64,000 bases of DNA from an uncultured Gammaproteobacteria bacterium (GTDB lineage: Bacteria > Patescibacteriota > Patescibacteriia > Patescibacteriales > WJLG01): assembly GCA_964395625.1 (NCBI GenBank), contig CAYNAR010000001.1:19-64018 (forward strand), in the 5' to 3' direction. Every line of letters begins with the position of its first letter. The first letter of the stretch is position 1. The notes under the pieces were generated by a model that had not been told where the DNA came from, did not search any database, and saw only the letters and a program-made list of their open reading frames with translations. Position numbers and translations under genes: made by a program. Shown piece after piece: positions 23,697 to 32,084 of the stretch.

Positions 23697-24659
23697 TTAT
23701 TCGTCGTATCTTTTATGTTCGGGTACACCGTCGAGCGGTATCTCGTCTATTCCTGGTCGGTAAATGTGCCCCGCAACGATATCTTTGCTCGCCACTTCAA
23801 CTACTCCGTCACTTATGATGTTCATAAGATTGGGATAGAAGGATATTATTACTTTTCCGGTGTCGCAAACAAAGGTTATCTCTGAAGCGTATTTTCCGTT
23901 AAGGTCTCTCGAGAAATAGTTGCACATCATCATGTCGTTGCGGTATAAGGCAGGTATCGCGAAAGAGTCTATGCACGATTCATAGGTTTTGCCATTCGTC
24001 CACTTGCCGATCGATTTCGGTATTTGCAGTGTTACAAAAAAACGCATTCTTTGTGATTCGCGGAATAGAGCGTGCAGTGTATCCGAGTTTTTGGTCGATA
24101 AGTCGACCGTATCCAAAGCCGAGAAAGATCTGTCGGACAGATTGTAGTCGTCCCATGGGCATTTTTTCAAATACCACAGACTTATTAAGATCTCATATTT
24201 TTTACCAGATGGAATTTTGACTACCTTTGTCGTGCATATGCCATTTACGATGTTGAAGGAAAAATTCAACGTGTCGCTTTCTCCGGTGAGCGATATCGCC
24301 TGCAAGGTCATGGCGTTTACAGAGCTTAATCTGAAATTGCAAAGAGATGTCCTATTGATGGCGGTTTTTGCCAGTGTGGCGATTGTGGGTTTTAGCAGTA
24401 TGCTATCGGTGGTTTTGATGAAGAAGTATACACTCGCCAAAGAAGAGGTGTCTCCGATTCCGGCAACGGTGCTAGGCGGTATCGTGTCGCTATAGAAGTT
24501 TTTAAGCGAATCTCCTCCTAGACGGTCAGTTAAGGTTTTGTCGATTATCGTGTCCTGTGGGACATTGATGTATTCATCGTAGTCTTCTACCGTAGTTGGA
24601 TTTCTGTCGCAACTCGACATTACAACAATGACTATAAGCAAAACGATTTTTTTAAACAT
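23697..24659 (-). CDS. Lipoprotein of unknown function, paralogue of 12115-13320
   Basis: TAGGAG RBS. Lipobox VMSSC. Shared core PSGKKYEILISLWYLKKCPWDD and LDTVDL compared with PVGYKYEIVTYLRYAVTCPWDT and RDTVDF. Own TTGACA-17-TTAAAT promoter upstream. Confidence 0.7.
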   Translation of the reverse strand: MFKKIVLLIVIVVMSSCDRNPTTVEDYDEYINVPQDTIIDKTLTDRLGGDSLKNFYSDTIPPSTVAGIGDTSSLASVYFFIKTTDSILLKPTIATLAKTAINRTSLCNFRLSSVNAMTLQAISLTGESDTLNFSFNIVNGICTTKVVKIPSGKKYEILISLWYLKKCPWDDYNLSDRSFSALDTVDLSTKNSDTLHALFRESQRMRFFVTLQIPKSIGKWTNGKTYESCIDSFAIPALYRNDMMMCNYFSRDLNGKYASEITFVCDTGKVIISFYPNLMNIISDGVVEVASKDIVAGHIYRPGIDEIPLDGVPEHKRYDE

Positions 24660-24744
24660 AAATACTCCTATTGCGGATGGTTGTTTTTAAAAGAGCTGAA
24701 TGATATTTAATCATTATTTATGTTATTTGTCAATTTATTTGTTT

Positions 24745-24789
24745 CGTAAAATAAAATCCCCCTATTTTCGTTAAATGAAAACAGGGGGG
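24745..24789 (-). terminator. Rho-independent terminator of the 24805-25284 gene
   Basis: Plus-strand ccccctattttc / gaaaacaggggg long stem (one mismatch), followed by a U-rich tract on the minus strand. Confidence 0.7.
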
Positions 24790-24804
24790 TTGTTTGTTTT
24801 GCCC

Positions 24805-25284
24805 TTAGGCGATTCTTGGATTGGCGACCGCACTACGCCGAAGTTTCCTCCGAAAAAGATTTAATAGCCATAATTTGGTCAATGTCAGTTTCAGGGAAAT
24901 TCCACGACAAGTGTTGTCTTTGAAATTCTTGTGCAAAAGTTCTGCCGATGGAAAGATATCCTTCACTCCTTTGTCCACGTCTTGCCATTTGAAACGCTGG
25001 CAAGAATGGACGAGTATAACGAATCCTCCAACGACATTTCCAGCCTTTGTCTCTGGCCAGCTGTCAGTGCTCATGATCGACGTCATCAGCGGTTGATTGA
25101 CGCTGAAGGCGTTGAATCCGGCGATCTCCGACGGGAGCTCATCTATGGTCATCTTGCCTAGAGCTCTCATTCCTATAGCCTCTCTTACTGAGTCAGTCAT
25201 TTTTGCGAGATTTTCCTTAGTTAAAGACTGATATGAAAGTCTGTAGGTTAAGACTGCCACAAGCGATGGGAAGATTTTTTCCAT
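24805..25284 (-). CDS. Cytoplasmic protein of unknown function
   Basis: 159 aa. AAGGAG RBS 8 nt upstream of the ATG. No signal peptide or TM helix. No motif I recognise. Confidence 0.6.
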   Translation of the reverse strand: MEKIFPSLVAVLTYRLSYQSLTKENLAKMTDSVREAIGMRALGKMTIDELPSEIAGFNAFSVNQPLMTSIMSTDSWPETKAGNVVGGFVILVHSCQRFKWQDVDKGVKDIFPSAELLHKNFKDNTCRGISLKLTLTKLWLLNLFRRKLRRSAVANPRIA

Positions 25285-25511
25285 CTTCTATTTTCTCCTT
25301 TTTTAAAAAGAACAATTATTATTTTAAAAACTATTTTCCAAAAATAAAAAACCAGCCAAAGCGACTTGGCTAGATTACTCCCTCCTTCATCCCACTATCT
25401 CACAAAAATTTCGTCCGCCTGATAAGGTGCGAACAACGGAAATTTTCATCTCTCACTTAGTGAAATTGTTTTTGCTGTTGTCAGCGAAACTCTCTCATAA
25501 AAATTGATTAC
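25285..25511 (-). promoter_or_regulatory. Long 5' leader with an intrinsic terminator and a 6-codon mini-ORF (candidate attenuator or riboregulator)
   Basis: Minus-strand transcript from the 25518-25546 promoter. Purine-rich repeats UGAGAGA, UGAGAGA and UGAGAUA. Helix AAAAUUUC/GAAAUUUU. Mini-ORF AUG AAG GAG GGA GUA AUC UAG (25390-25370), whose stop codon overlaps terminator stem AGCCAA/UUGGCU (about 25355-25371), which is followed by GGUUUUUUAUUUUU. Confidence 0.5.
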
Positions 25512-25517
25512 AAGGTT

Positions 25518-25546
25518 ATGATAAAATATTTTTTAAAATTTGTAAA
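25518..25546 (-). promoter_or_regulatory. Sigma70 promoter (minus strand)
   Basis: On the minus strand: TTTACA (plus 25541-25546), 17-nt spacer, TATCAT (plus 25518-25523). Confidence 0.55.
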
Positions 25547-25574
25547 GACTTTTTTCTTTTTTTCGACATTGAAA

Positions 25575-25604
25575 TAAAAAACAGGGTTTTGAGCCCTGTT
25601 TTTC
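25575..25604. terminator. Terminator after the PspC-domain gene
   Basis: acaggg / ccctgt stem flanked by an A-run and a T-run, immediately after the stop codon at 25608. Confidence 0.7.
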
Positions 25605-25607
25605 TTA

Positions 25608-26645
25608 TCAATCCTTGATGCTTCGCTCGATATTTTCAGCTAAGTCTTTGAACCAGAGAAAGAAGTCGTGGGAGACCGGTATGAAATGCCATATTAAGTA
25701 GCCGGACAATATCAGCCAGCCAAGAGAGGCTAAGCCTCCCAGACAACCGCCATTTCCGCATTTAGGGGTGGACAGAGCGCTGATTATGATTACGAAGACA
25801 AAAGCCCAGCCGATAATCACCGCCCAGATCGGCCAGGCGATCGGCAGTATCATGCCGAATATTGCCCCGCTTGTGATTATCGAGACGAGTCCGAAAATCC
25901 AAAGGACTATGAAGGCGACTATCAATAGACCGTATGGACTGGAGGAATTTTTCCAGTTACCGCAACAACCGCCCCATTTCATTTTTTCCATCTTTTCGCT
26001 CCATTCCAGCTTTTGAAGTCTGATTCGGTCTTTAATTTCTTTTTTTTTCCTCTTCCAATCGTTTTTATCGGAGAATTCGGACATCTTCTCCTTTGCGCGG
26101 TTGATGAATTCTTGAGCCGTCTTGGGTTCTCCGTGGGCAGCGGCCATCTGTTCTGAGGTGGTCGCTATCGGAACGATCACTAATAGCACGATATAGGCGA
26201 TAATACCGGCGCCTTGGGTCAGTAATGTCAAAAGTATAAAGACGACTCTGACTACTACGACGTCTATGTTGAAATAGGCGGCTAGGCCGGTGCAGACTCC
26301 CGCTATCATCTTTCCCTCATAGATGCGATAGAGTCTCTTGACCGGTTTTTTATCCTCACCGTCCTTTTTGTTTTCATTTTTTTGCTCCTCCGGGCTTTCT
26401 ACTGGTCCCATTTCTTTAATGATCTTCTCGACTTCTTCGTCGGTGGCTACATTTTTGCCGGCGTTCAATAAACGGTTGATTTTTTCGGCTATCGCTTGCT
26501 CGAGGTCGTTGATTATCTCGGTTTTGTCCGGGTCGGAAGCTAGGCGCTCGGCCGCTTTCTCCAAATAGTCCTTTAATAAGTTGTATCCGTTCTCTTCCAA
26601 TTGATAGGCTCGTCCGCCTAAATTGATGGAAATGATTTTGTTCAT
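25608..26645 (-). CDS. PspC domain-containing membrane protein
   Basis: 345 aa. PspC domain LYRIYEGKMIAGVCTGLAAYFNIDVVVVRVVFILL. Extra C-terminal TM bundle. Confidence 0.8.
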   Translation of the reverse strand: MNKIISINLGGRAYQLEENGYNLLKDYLEKAAERLASDPDKTEIINDLEQAIAEKINRLLNAGKNVATDEEVEKIIKEMGPVESPEEQKNENKKDGEDKKPVKRLYRIYEGKMIAGVCTGLAAYFNIDVVVVRVVFILLTLLTQGAGIIAYIVLLVIVPIATTSEQMAAAHGEPKTAQEFINRAKEKMSEFSDKNDWKRKKKEIKDRIRLQKLEWSEKMEKMKWGGCCGNWKNSSSPYGLLIVAFIVLWIFGLVSIITSGAIFGMILPIAWPIWAVIIGWAFVFVIIISALSTPKCGNGGCLGGLASLGWLILSGYLIWHFIPVSHDFFLWFKDLAENIERSIKD

Positions 26646-26673
26646 ATTTTGAGTTTATGATTATCTGATAGCG

Positions 26674-26994
26674 TTAAAAGTTTTTTATGGTCTTGTCCAG
26701 CTCTTCCCAGTAATCCAAAAGGTCTTGCAATCGTTTTTTTCCGCTGGCGGTGAGGGAATAATATTTGCGCGGTGGTCCGGACTCCGACTCTACCCATTCG
26801 TACGACAAGAGCTGCTCTCGTTTGAAGCGAGAGAGTAGTGGGTAGAGCGTCCCGTCTTGCGTGGAGAATTCCGTCGTCTTTAATTTTTCCAAGATGTCGG
26901 CCGCATAGACTTTATCGTTCTTGATTATTTTTAAGACGATCAATTCCAATAATCCTTTGCGGATTGGGCCGAATTTGTCTTCGTTGTTTTCCAT
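26674..26994 (-). CDS. PadR family transcriptional regulator
   Basis: 106 aa. Winged-helix motifs LELIVLKII...YAADI and GTLYPLLSRFKREQLL...PPRKYYSLT. Confidence 0.85.
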   Translation of the reverse strand: MENNEDKFGPIRKGLLELIVLKIIKNDKVYAADILEKLKTTEFSTQDGTLYPLLSRFKREQLLSYEWVESESGPPRKYYSLTASGKKRLQDLLDYWEELDKTIKNF

Positions 26995-27000
26995 ATTTAG

Positions 27001-27020
27001 TACCTTTATATAAAAAGGTA
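27001..27020. promoter_or_regulatory. Perfect palindrome overlapping the padR RBS and -10 region (candidate PadR operator)
   Basis: taccttt-atataa-aaaggta (7-bp arms), 7 nt upstream of the padR ATG. On the minus strand, TTGACT lies 17 nt upstream of TACCTT. Confidence 0.45.
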
Positions 27021-27116
27021 GCAGGCATTAAAAAATAAGTCAAGTTTTTTATTTGCACCGTATTTCGTTTTGTGTCATAATTGATTTATAAGATTCAAAA
27101 AATAAAAATACAAGTT

Positions 27117-27266
27117 ATGGCTAAAAAGAAAAAAACCTTAAAAAAACTTTCCAAGAGGGGGTATAGCGCCAGTGGTGTTTTTACCTTCGCTTTGTTGACC
27201 TTGTTTGTCGTATCCTCAGCTGTCGTCTTTTGCTTTTTTGTGATTCCGAACTTACCGACCATTTAA
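27117..27266 (+). CDS. Small membrane protein (Lys-rich N-terminus, one TM helix)
   Basis: 49 aa from the ATG at 27117 (MAKKKKTLKKLSKRG... then a hydrophobic helix). No family recognised. Confidence 0.3.
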   Translation: MAKKKKTLKKLSKRGYSASGVFTFALLTLFVVSSAVVFCFFVIPNLPTI

Positions 27267-27381
27267 GATAAAAAAAGAAAACACTCGTTAATCGTTATGC
27301 ATGCTTTGCCGTCGGTGGGGGATGTTTTCTTTACTTTTTAGCAAATATTGTCTATTATTCTACTATTAAGCAAATAAATAT

Positions 27382-28632
27382 ATGAAACAATCATTTCTAT
27401 TCACCAAAACAAGAAAAGAGGATCCAAAAGATGAAGTCAGTCGCAATGCGCAATTGTTGATCAGGGCCGGTTTTGTTAATAAAGAATTAGCCGGCGCGTA
27501 TGCTTATTTGCCCTTGGGTTTACGTGTTTTTAATAAGATAGCCAATATCATTCGCGAGGAGATGGACGCTGCCGGAGGACAGGAGGTTACGATGACGGCC
27601 TTGCAGGAAAAAGAGACTTGGGAGAAGACTAATCGTTGGAGCGATGAAGTTGTTGATAATTGGTTCAAGACAAAGCTGAAGAGCGGTGTGGAGCTCGGGC
27701 TCGGTTTTACTCATGAAGAGGCTTTCGCTCGCTTAATGAAGAATCATATCAATTCCTATAAGGATTTGCCGGTCTATGTCTATCAGATTCAGACCAAATT
27801 CCGCAATGAGACGCGCGCTAAATCCGGATTGATGCGCGGTCGCGAGTTTTCTATGAAGGATCTTTATTCCTTCTCCAGAAGCAAGGAGGAGCACGAGACT
27901 TTCTATGAAAAGATGAAGGACGTCTATATGAAAGTGTTTACTCGTCTCGGCATGGGCGACAGGACTTATATCACCATATCTTCCGGCGGATCATTTTCCA
28001 AGTATTCCTATGAATTCCAGACATTGTCCGAGGCCGGCGAGGATGTGGTCTATATCGTCGATGAGGAGAAGAAGATCGCTATCAATAAAGACGATTTCAA
28101 CGACGACGTTATCAAAGATTTCAACTTGACGACTTTGGATAAAGAGAAATTGGTCGGACATAAGTCCATCGAGGTCGGAGACATCTACACCTTGGGTTAT
28201 AAATATTCCGAGGCTTTTGATTTGAATTTCCGTGACCAAGAAGGCAAGGAAGAACCGGTATTTATGGGTTCTTACGGCATGAGTCCGTCTCGCTTGATGG
28301 GAGCCGTAGTGGAATTGAATAACGACGAGAAGGGAATCGTCTGGCCGGAGGCTGTTTCTCCTTTCGCCATCCACTTGATCAGTTTGGGTCAAAATGAAGA
28401 GGCGGAAAAAGTCTATAACGAATTATTGAAGAATAAGATAGAAGTGCTGTACGACGATCGCGAGGCCAGCGCCGGAGAGAAATTCGCCAACGCCGATTTG
28501 ATCGGCATCGGTCGTCGCCTTATCGTTAGTGGCAAATCTTTGGCCGCCGGCGGATACGAATTGGGCTGGAGGAAGAACAAAGAGACAAAAATAGTTACTT
28601 TGGAACAATTAATAACAGAATTAGATAAATAG
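27382..28632 (+). CDS. proS: Proline--tRNA ligase, short bacterial-type form lacking the INS editing domain
   Basis: YAYLPLGLRVFNKI, FTHEEAF, and motif 2 YQIQTKFRNETRAKSGLMRGREFSMKDLYSF. C-terminal anticodon-binding domain. Only 416 aa. Confidence 0.85.
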   Translation: MKQSFLFTKTRKEDPKDEVSRNAQLLIRAGFVNKELAGAYAYLPLGLRVFNKIANIIREEMDAAGGQEVTMTALQEKETWEKTNRWSDEVVDNWFKTKLKSGVELGLGFTHEEAFARLMKNHINSYKDLPVYVYQIQTKFRNETRAKSGLMRGREFSMKDLYSFSRSKEEHETFYEKMKDVYMKVFTRLGMGDRTYITISSGGSFSKYSYEFQTLSEAGEDVVYIVDEEKKIAINKDDFNDDVIKDFNLTTLDKEKLVGHKSIEVGDIYTLGYKYSEAFDLNFRDQEGKEEPVFMGSYGMSPSRLMGAVVELNNDEKGIVWPEAVSPFAIHLISLGQNEEAEKVYNELLKNKIEVLYDDREASAGEKFANADLIGIGRRLIVSGKSLAAGGYELGWRKNKETKIVTLEQLITELDK

Positions 28633-28672
28633 ATTTTAATTGGTTCTTTAACATTACGATGGAGGCTTTAAA

Positions 28673-29125
28673 ATGGAAGGATGGTTTAGTTTTGTTTCTA
28701 ACAAGAAAAGACTTTGGGTTTTTTTAATCGTCGGGGCGATAGCTTCGATTTTGGAAGTTGTTTTGCATGTCGTGATTTCCGAAGGGGTTAGGGAAAGCTA
28801 TAAAAGTGTTTTTTCTAACGTTTCTTATGTTTTAATGTTGCTTATTGTTATTGTCGGCAGGGGATTCTTTTATGGCTTTTTAGCACTTTTTTCCAGGGCA
28901 AATATGGAAAAAGCCATCAAAAATGGAAAATTAAAAATTAAAAAGACGAATGAAAATTTTTTTGTCGCTTGGATTGTTTTTATTTTCTGTCTTTTTTTGG
29001 GTGTTTTAACCTTGCCATTGGGGAGTGTTATAATAAGAACTTTTTTATTTACCGTCGCCATCTTTTTCGTTTTAGAAGTCGCCGGTTTTGCGGAAAAGTT
29101 TTTTAAGATTGATTCAGGGAATTGA
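28673..29125 (+). CDS. Membrane protein of unknown function (4 TM helices)
   Basis: 150-aa hydrophobic ORF. GGAGG RBS. Confidence 0.5.
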   Translation: MEGWFSFVSNKKRLWVFLIVGAIASILEVVLHVVISEGVRESYKSVFSNVSYVLMLLIVIVGRGFFYGFLALFSRANMEKAIKNGKLKIKKTNENFFVAWIVFIFCLFLGVLTLPLGSVIIRTFLFTVAIFFVLEVAGFAEKFFKIDSGN

Positions 29126-29222
29126 GAGTAGGGATTGTCGCGCGCTTGCCATTTTGGCCGGCGCGTTTTTATTTTTGTTATTATTGTGTTATTATTACTA
29201 TATAATTATTAACCGCAAAAAA

Positions 29223-30269
29223 ATGGAAGACTTAAGAAAATTGAATATCAACTGGCCGAAGGCTATCAAGATTTTTGGCATAGTTCTTTTGGCTCTAGTG
29301 GTTTTGTCCATTGCCGTTAACTTGGTGGTTAAGCCTATCATGTCTCAGGTTCGCATGGGCTCGTCCTTTGGTAATTCCTCTTCCGTGATGAAATACCAGT
29401 CGGCATCTCCTATGAATGCCCCTATGGCAAGCTACGATTACGCCAAGGAAGAGGGAGTTAGTCTGTCTTTTCGCAATACTGCCGGCAGCGTCGGATATTC
29501 GGATTCGATGTCTACTCCCCAGACTTCTAATGGTGCTTATGAGGTCATGAACTACAATGCCACGATCGAGACCGGAAAATTGGAGAAGGATTGTTCCAGT
29601 ATTTCCGAATTAAAAGGATTGGATTATGTGGTGTTCAATAATTCCAATATCGGCAAGAAGAATTGTAATTTCAGTTTTAAAGTCGAGAGAGAAAAAGTCG
29701 ACGAGGTCTTGGGCATGATCAAGGGTTTGAAGCCTCGTGATATGTCGCAGAACGTCGAGACTATCAAGAAGCAGATAGAGGACTTCACTAGTCGCGAAGA
29801 GATATTGAAGAGTAAACAGGCTTCGATCGACGACACCTTGAAGAACGCCATCGCCTCTTACGACGAGATAAGCAAGTTGGCCACCAAGACCAGCGACGCC
29901 GAGAGTTTGACTAAGGTTATCGATAGTAAGATAAGCATTTTGGAAAGATTGACTTCGGAGCGTTTGCAGGTCAGCAATGAATTGGAAAGTCTCGGCAGGG
30001 CTAAAGCCGAACAGTTGGATCGTTTGAAGTACGTCGATTTCTACGTCTATATCTATGAGAATAAAGTCATCGATGGTCAAGAGTTCAAAGATTATTGGGT
30101 AGCTTCTTTCAAGAGTTTCGTTCTCGATATAAATCAATTGCTTAAAGACTTGAGTCTCGGCTTGGTCGCTTTCGTGATGGTGGTGGTCAAGTATTTGGTC
30201 TATATATTCTTACTATTCGTCGTCGGTAAATTCTGTTGGGAGGCGGGTAAGAAGATTTGGAAAAAATAA
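29223..30269 (+). CDS. DUF4349-like membrane protein (N-terminal TM, coiled-coil ectodomain, C-terminal TM)
   Basis: The ATG at 29223 (MEDLRKLN) is preferred over the upstream non-ATG start. The architecture and central heptad-rich region resemble DUF4349. This is a weak call. Confidence 0.5.
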   Translation: MEDLRKLNINWPKAIKIFGIVLLALVVLSIAVNLVVKPIMSQVRMGSSFGNSSSVMKYQSASPMNAPMASYDYAKEEGVSLSFRNTAGSVGYSDSMSTPQTSNGAYEVMNYNATIETGKLEKDCSSISELKGLDYVVFNNSNIGKKNCNFSFKVEREKVDEVLGMIKGLKPRDMSQNVETIKKQIEDFTSREEILKSKQASIDDTLKNAIASYDEISKLATKTSDAESLTKVIDSKISILERLTSERLQVSNELESLGRAKAEQLDRLKYVDFYVYIYENKVIDGQEFKDYWVASFKSFVLDINQLLKDLSLGLVAFVMVVVKYLVYIFLLFVVGKFCWEAGKKIWKK

Positions 30270-30288
30270 TTTCATCGCTTGCAAAAAA

Positions 30289-30318
30289 ATACCGCTCCGA
30301 TGTGGGCGGTGTTTTTTT
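30289..30318 (+). terminator. Rho-independent terminator
   Basis: ataccgctc / gggcggtgt stem with two G-U pairs valid on the + strand, followed by T7. Confidence 0.75.
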
Positions 30319-30329
30319 ATTTCATCGAA

Positions 30330-32081
30330 TCAGCTATTGACTGTTAGCCACTCGTCTTCCTTTTCGGCGATGGCCTTCTTTACTTCTTCCAAGTCTTTGG
30401 CTTTTTGAATGTCGTATTCGACGGGATTGGCGAGGAAGTACTCTAATAGCTCGAGTTGTTTGGTGTTGAGTTTCTCTAATTGTTTTTCGATAGAGGCTGA
30501 TTTTTTTCTGTTTTCTCTGCTATTCTCTTGATTATTTTGTTTGCTCGGTTCGTCCTTTGATGTATCCTTCTCGTTCTTTTCTCTATCGGCGGCCAGTTCT
30601 TCTTCCAGCTTTTCGACATATTCGTCGTAGTCGTCCAGACGGCGTTTGGCTTGTCCGTTTTTCACTTCTATCAAGGCGGTCGCTATCAAGCTGGAGAAGG
30701 TTCTGTCATGACTGGCGAACAATATCGTTCCTTTGAATTTATTCAAAGCTTCTCCCAGGGCTTCGACCGTCTCGAAGTCGAGATGACAGGTCGGTTCGTC
30801 CAGGATTATTATGTCGGGGTGGGAGAGTAGTAGTCCGGCTAAGAGTAGGCGCGACTTCTCTCCGCCGGAAAGCATGGAAACCGATTTTTTCAGGTCATGT
30901 CCCTTGAAAAGGAAGTTTCCGGCCATTTTCATGATCGTTTCCCTTCTTTGAGATTGTCCGGCCATTCTGGATAAGTATTCTTCCACTTGCTCCTTTTCAT
31001 TCATCTTATTGATCGGGTCCGGACCGTGATAGGCCAATTTAGTGTCGCTGGCCCAGCGGAAGGCCCCTTCTATCGGCGGTAGTTCTCCGGCCAATGTCTT
31101 CAAGAGTGTGGTCTTGCCTTGTCCGTTCAATCCCAGAATAGCCAATTTTTCCCCGGAACGGCAATCGAAATTTATACCGGAGACGATTATCTTGTCTTGG
31201 TAACCGATGGAAAGATTCTTTATCTTTAAGGCGAAGTTCTTTTTATTCTCGACCGGCGGAATGATGATGCGAGTGATGCCGGCGCGATGTTCGATGGCGA
31301 TGCGTTTTTTCTCTAGCTTGTTTATCTTTCTAATGAAGGCTTGGGCCTGGGTGGCTTTGGAGGCTTTGTAACGAAAGCGGTCGACAAAGTCTTGCAAATG
31401 TTCTTGTTGACGTTTGATTCCTTCGTTGGCCTTGGCTATGGTGGATAATTTTTCTTCTTTAAAAGCCAGGTAGTTCTCTATTTTTCCAGGATAGTGGTAA
31501 CAGCCGGAAGAGGATATCTCGATAGTCTCTTCGCAGGTCTTTTTCAAAAATTCGCGATCATGGGAAATTATCATGAAACTGCCCTTGTATGAATCTAAAT
31601 AGTTTTCTAATAATAGCTGTGTATCCAAGTCGAGGTAGTTCGTTGGTTCGTCGAGTAGAAAGATATTAGGGTTGCTAAGAAGCATTGCGACTAATTTTAA
31701 GCGCATCCTCCAGCCTCCGGACAGGCTTTCGGCCGCTTGACCCAAGCGCTCGTCGTTTATCCTGAATTTGCTAGCGATTTTTTTAACAGTCCATTCTTCC
31801 TGCTCACTTTGTCTTTTGAGATAATCGAGAGAGCTTTCTTCTTTGATGAAGTCGTCGTTTTGCTTCAAATAGCCGAGTCTGGCTTCGCTGCCGACGATGA
31901 CTTTTCCACTGTCGGCCATCTCTTCGCCGATCAATATTCTGAATAGTGTCGATTTTCCAGCTCCATTACGACCGATAACGCCTATTTTTTGTTTTTTACC
32001 CACGCTAAAAGAAAGGCCGGAGAAAATTTTCACTCCACCATATTCCTTGCTTAAATTACTACCTTGCAAAAGTATGGACAT
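30330..32081 (-). CDS. ABC-F family ATPase (Uup/EttA-like translation factor type)
   Basis: 583 aa. Two ABC cassettes (GRNGAGKST / LSGGWRMRL / LLDEPTN and GLNGQGKTT / LSGGEKSRL / ILDEPT). No TM domain. C-terminal coiled coil. Confidence 0.9.
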   Translation of the reverse strand: MSILLQGSNLSKEYGGVKIFSGLSFSVGKKQKIGVIGRNGAGKSTLFRILIGEEMADSGKVIVGSEARLGYLKQNDDFIKEESSLDYLKRQSEQEEWTVKKIASKFRINDERLGQAAESLSGGWRMRLKLVAMLLSNPNIFLLDEPTNYLDLDTQLLLENYLDSYKGSFMIISHDREFLKKTCEETIEISSSGCYHYPGKIENYLAFKEEKLSTIAKANEGIKRQQEHLQDFVDRFRYKASKATQAQAFIRKINKLEKKRIAIEHRAGITRIIIPPVENKKNFALKIKNLSIGYQDKIIVSGINFDCRSGEKLAILGLNGQGKTTLLKTLAGELPPIEGAFRWASDTKLAYHGPDPINKMNEKEQVEEYLSRMAGQSQRRETIMKMAGNFLFKGHDLKKSVSMLSGGEKSRLLLAGLLLSHPDIIILDEPTCHLDFETVEALGEALNKFKGTILFASHDRTFSSLIATALIEVKNGQAKRRLDDYDEYVEKLEEELAADREKNEKDTSKDEPSKQNNQENSRENRKKSASIEKQLEKLNTKQLELLEYFLANPVEYDIQKAKDLEEVKKAIAEKEDEWLTVNS

Positions 32082-32084
32082 TTT

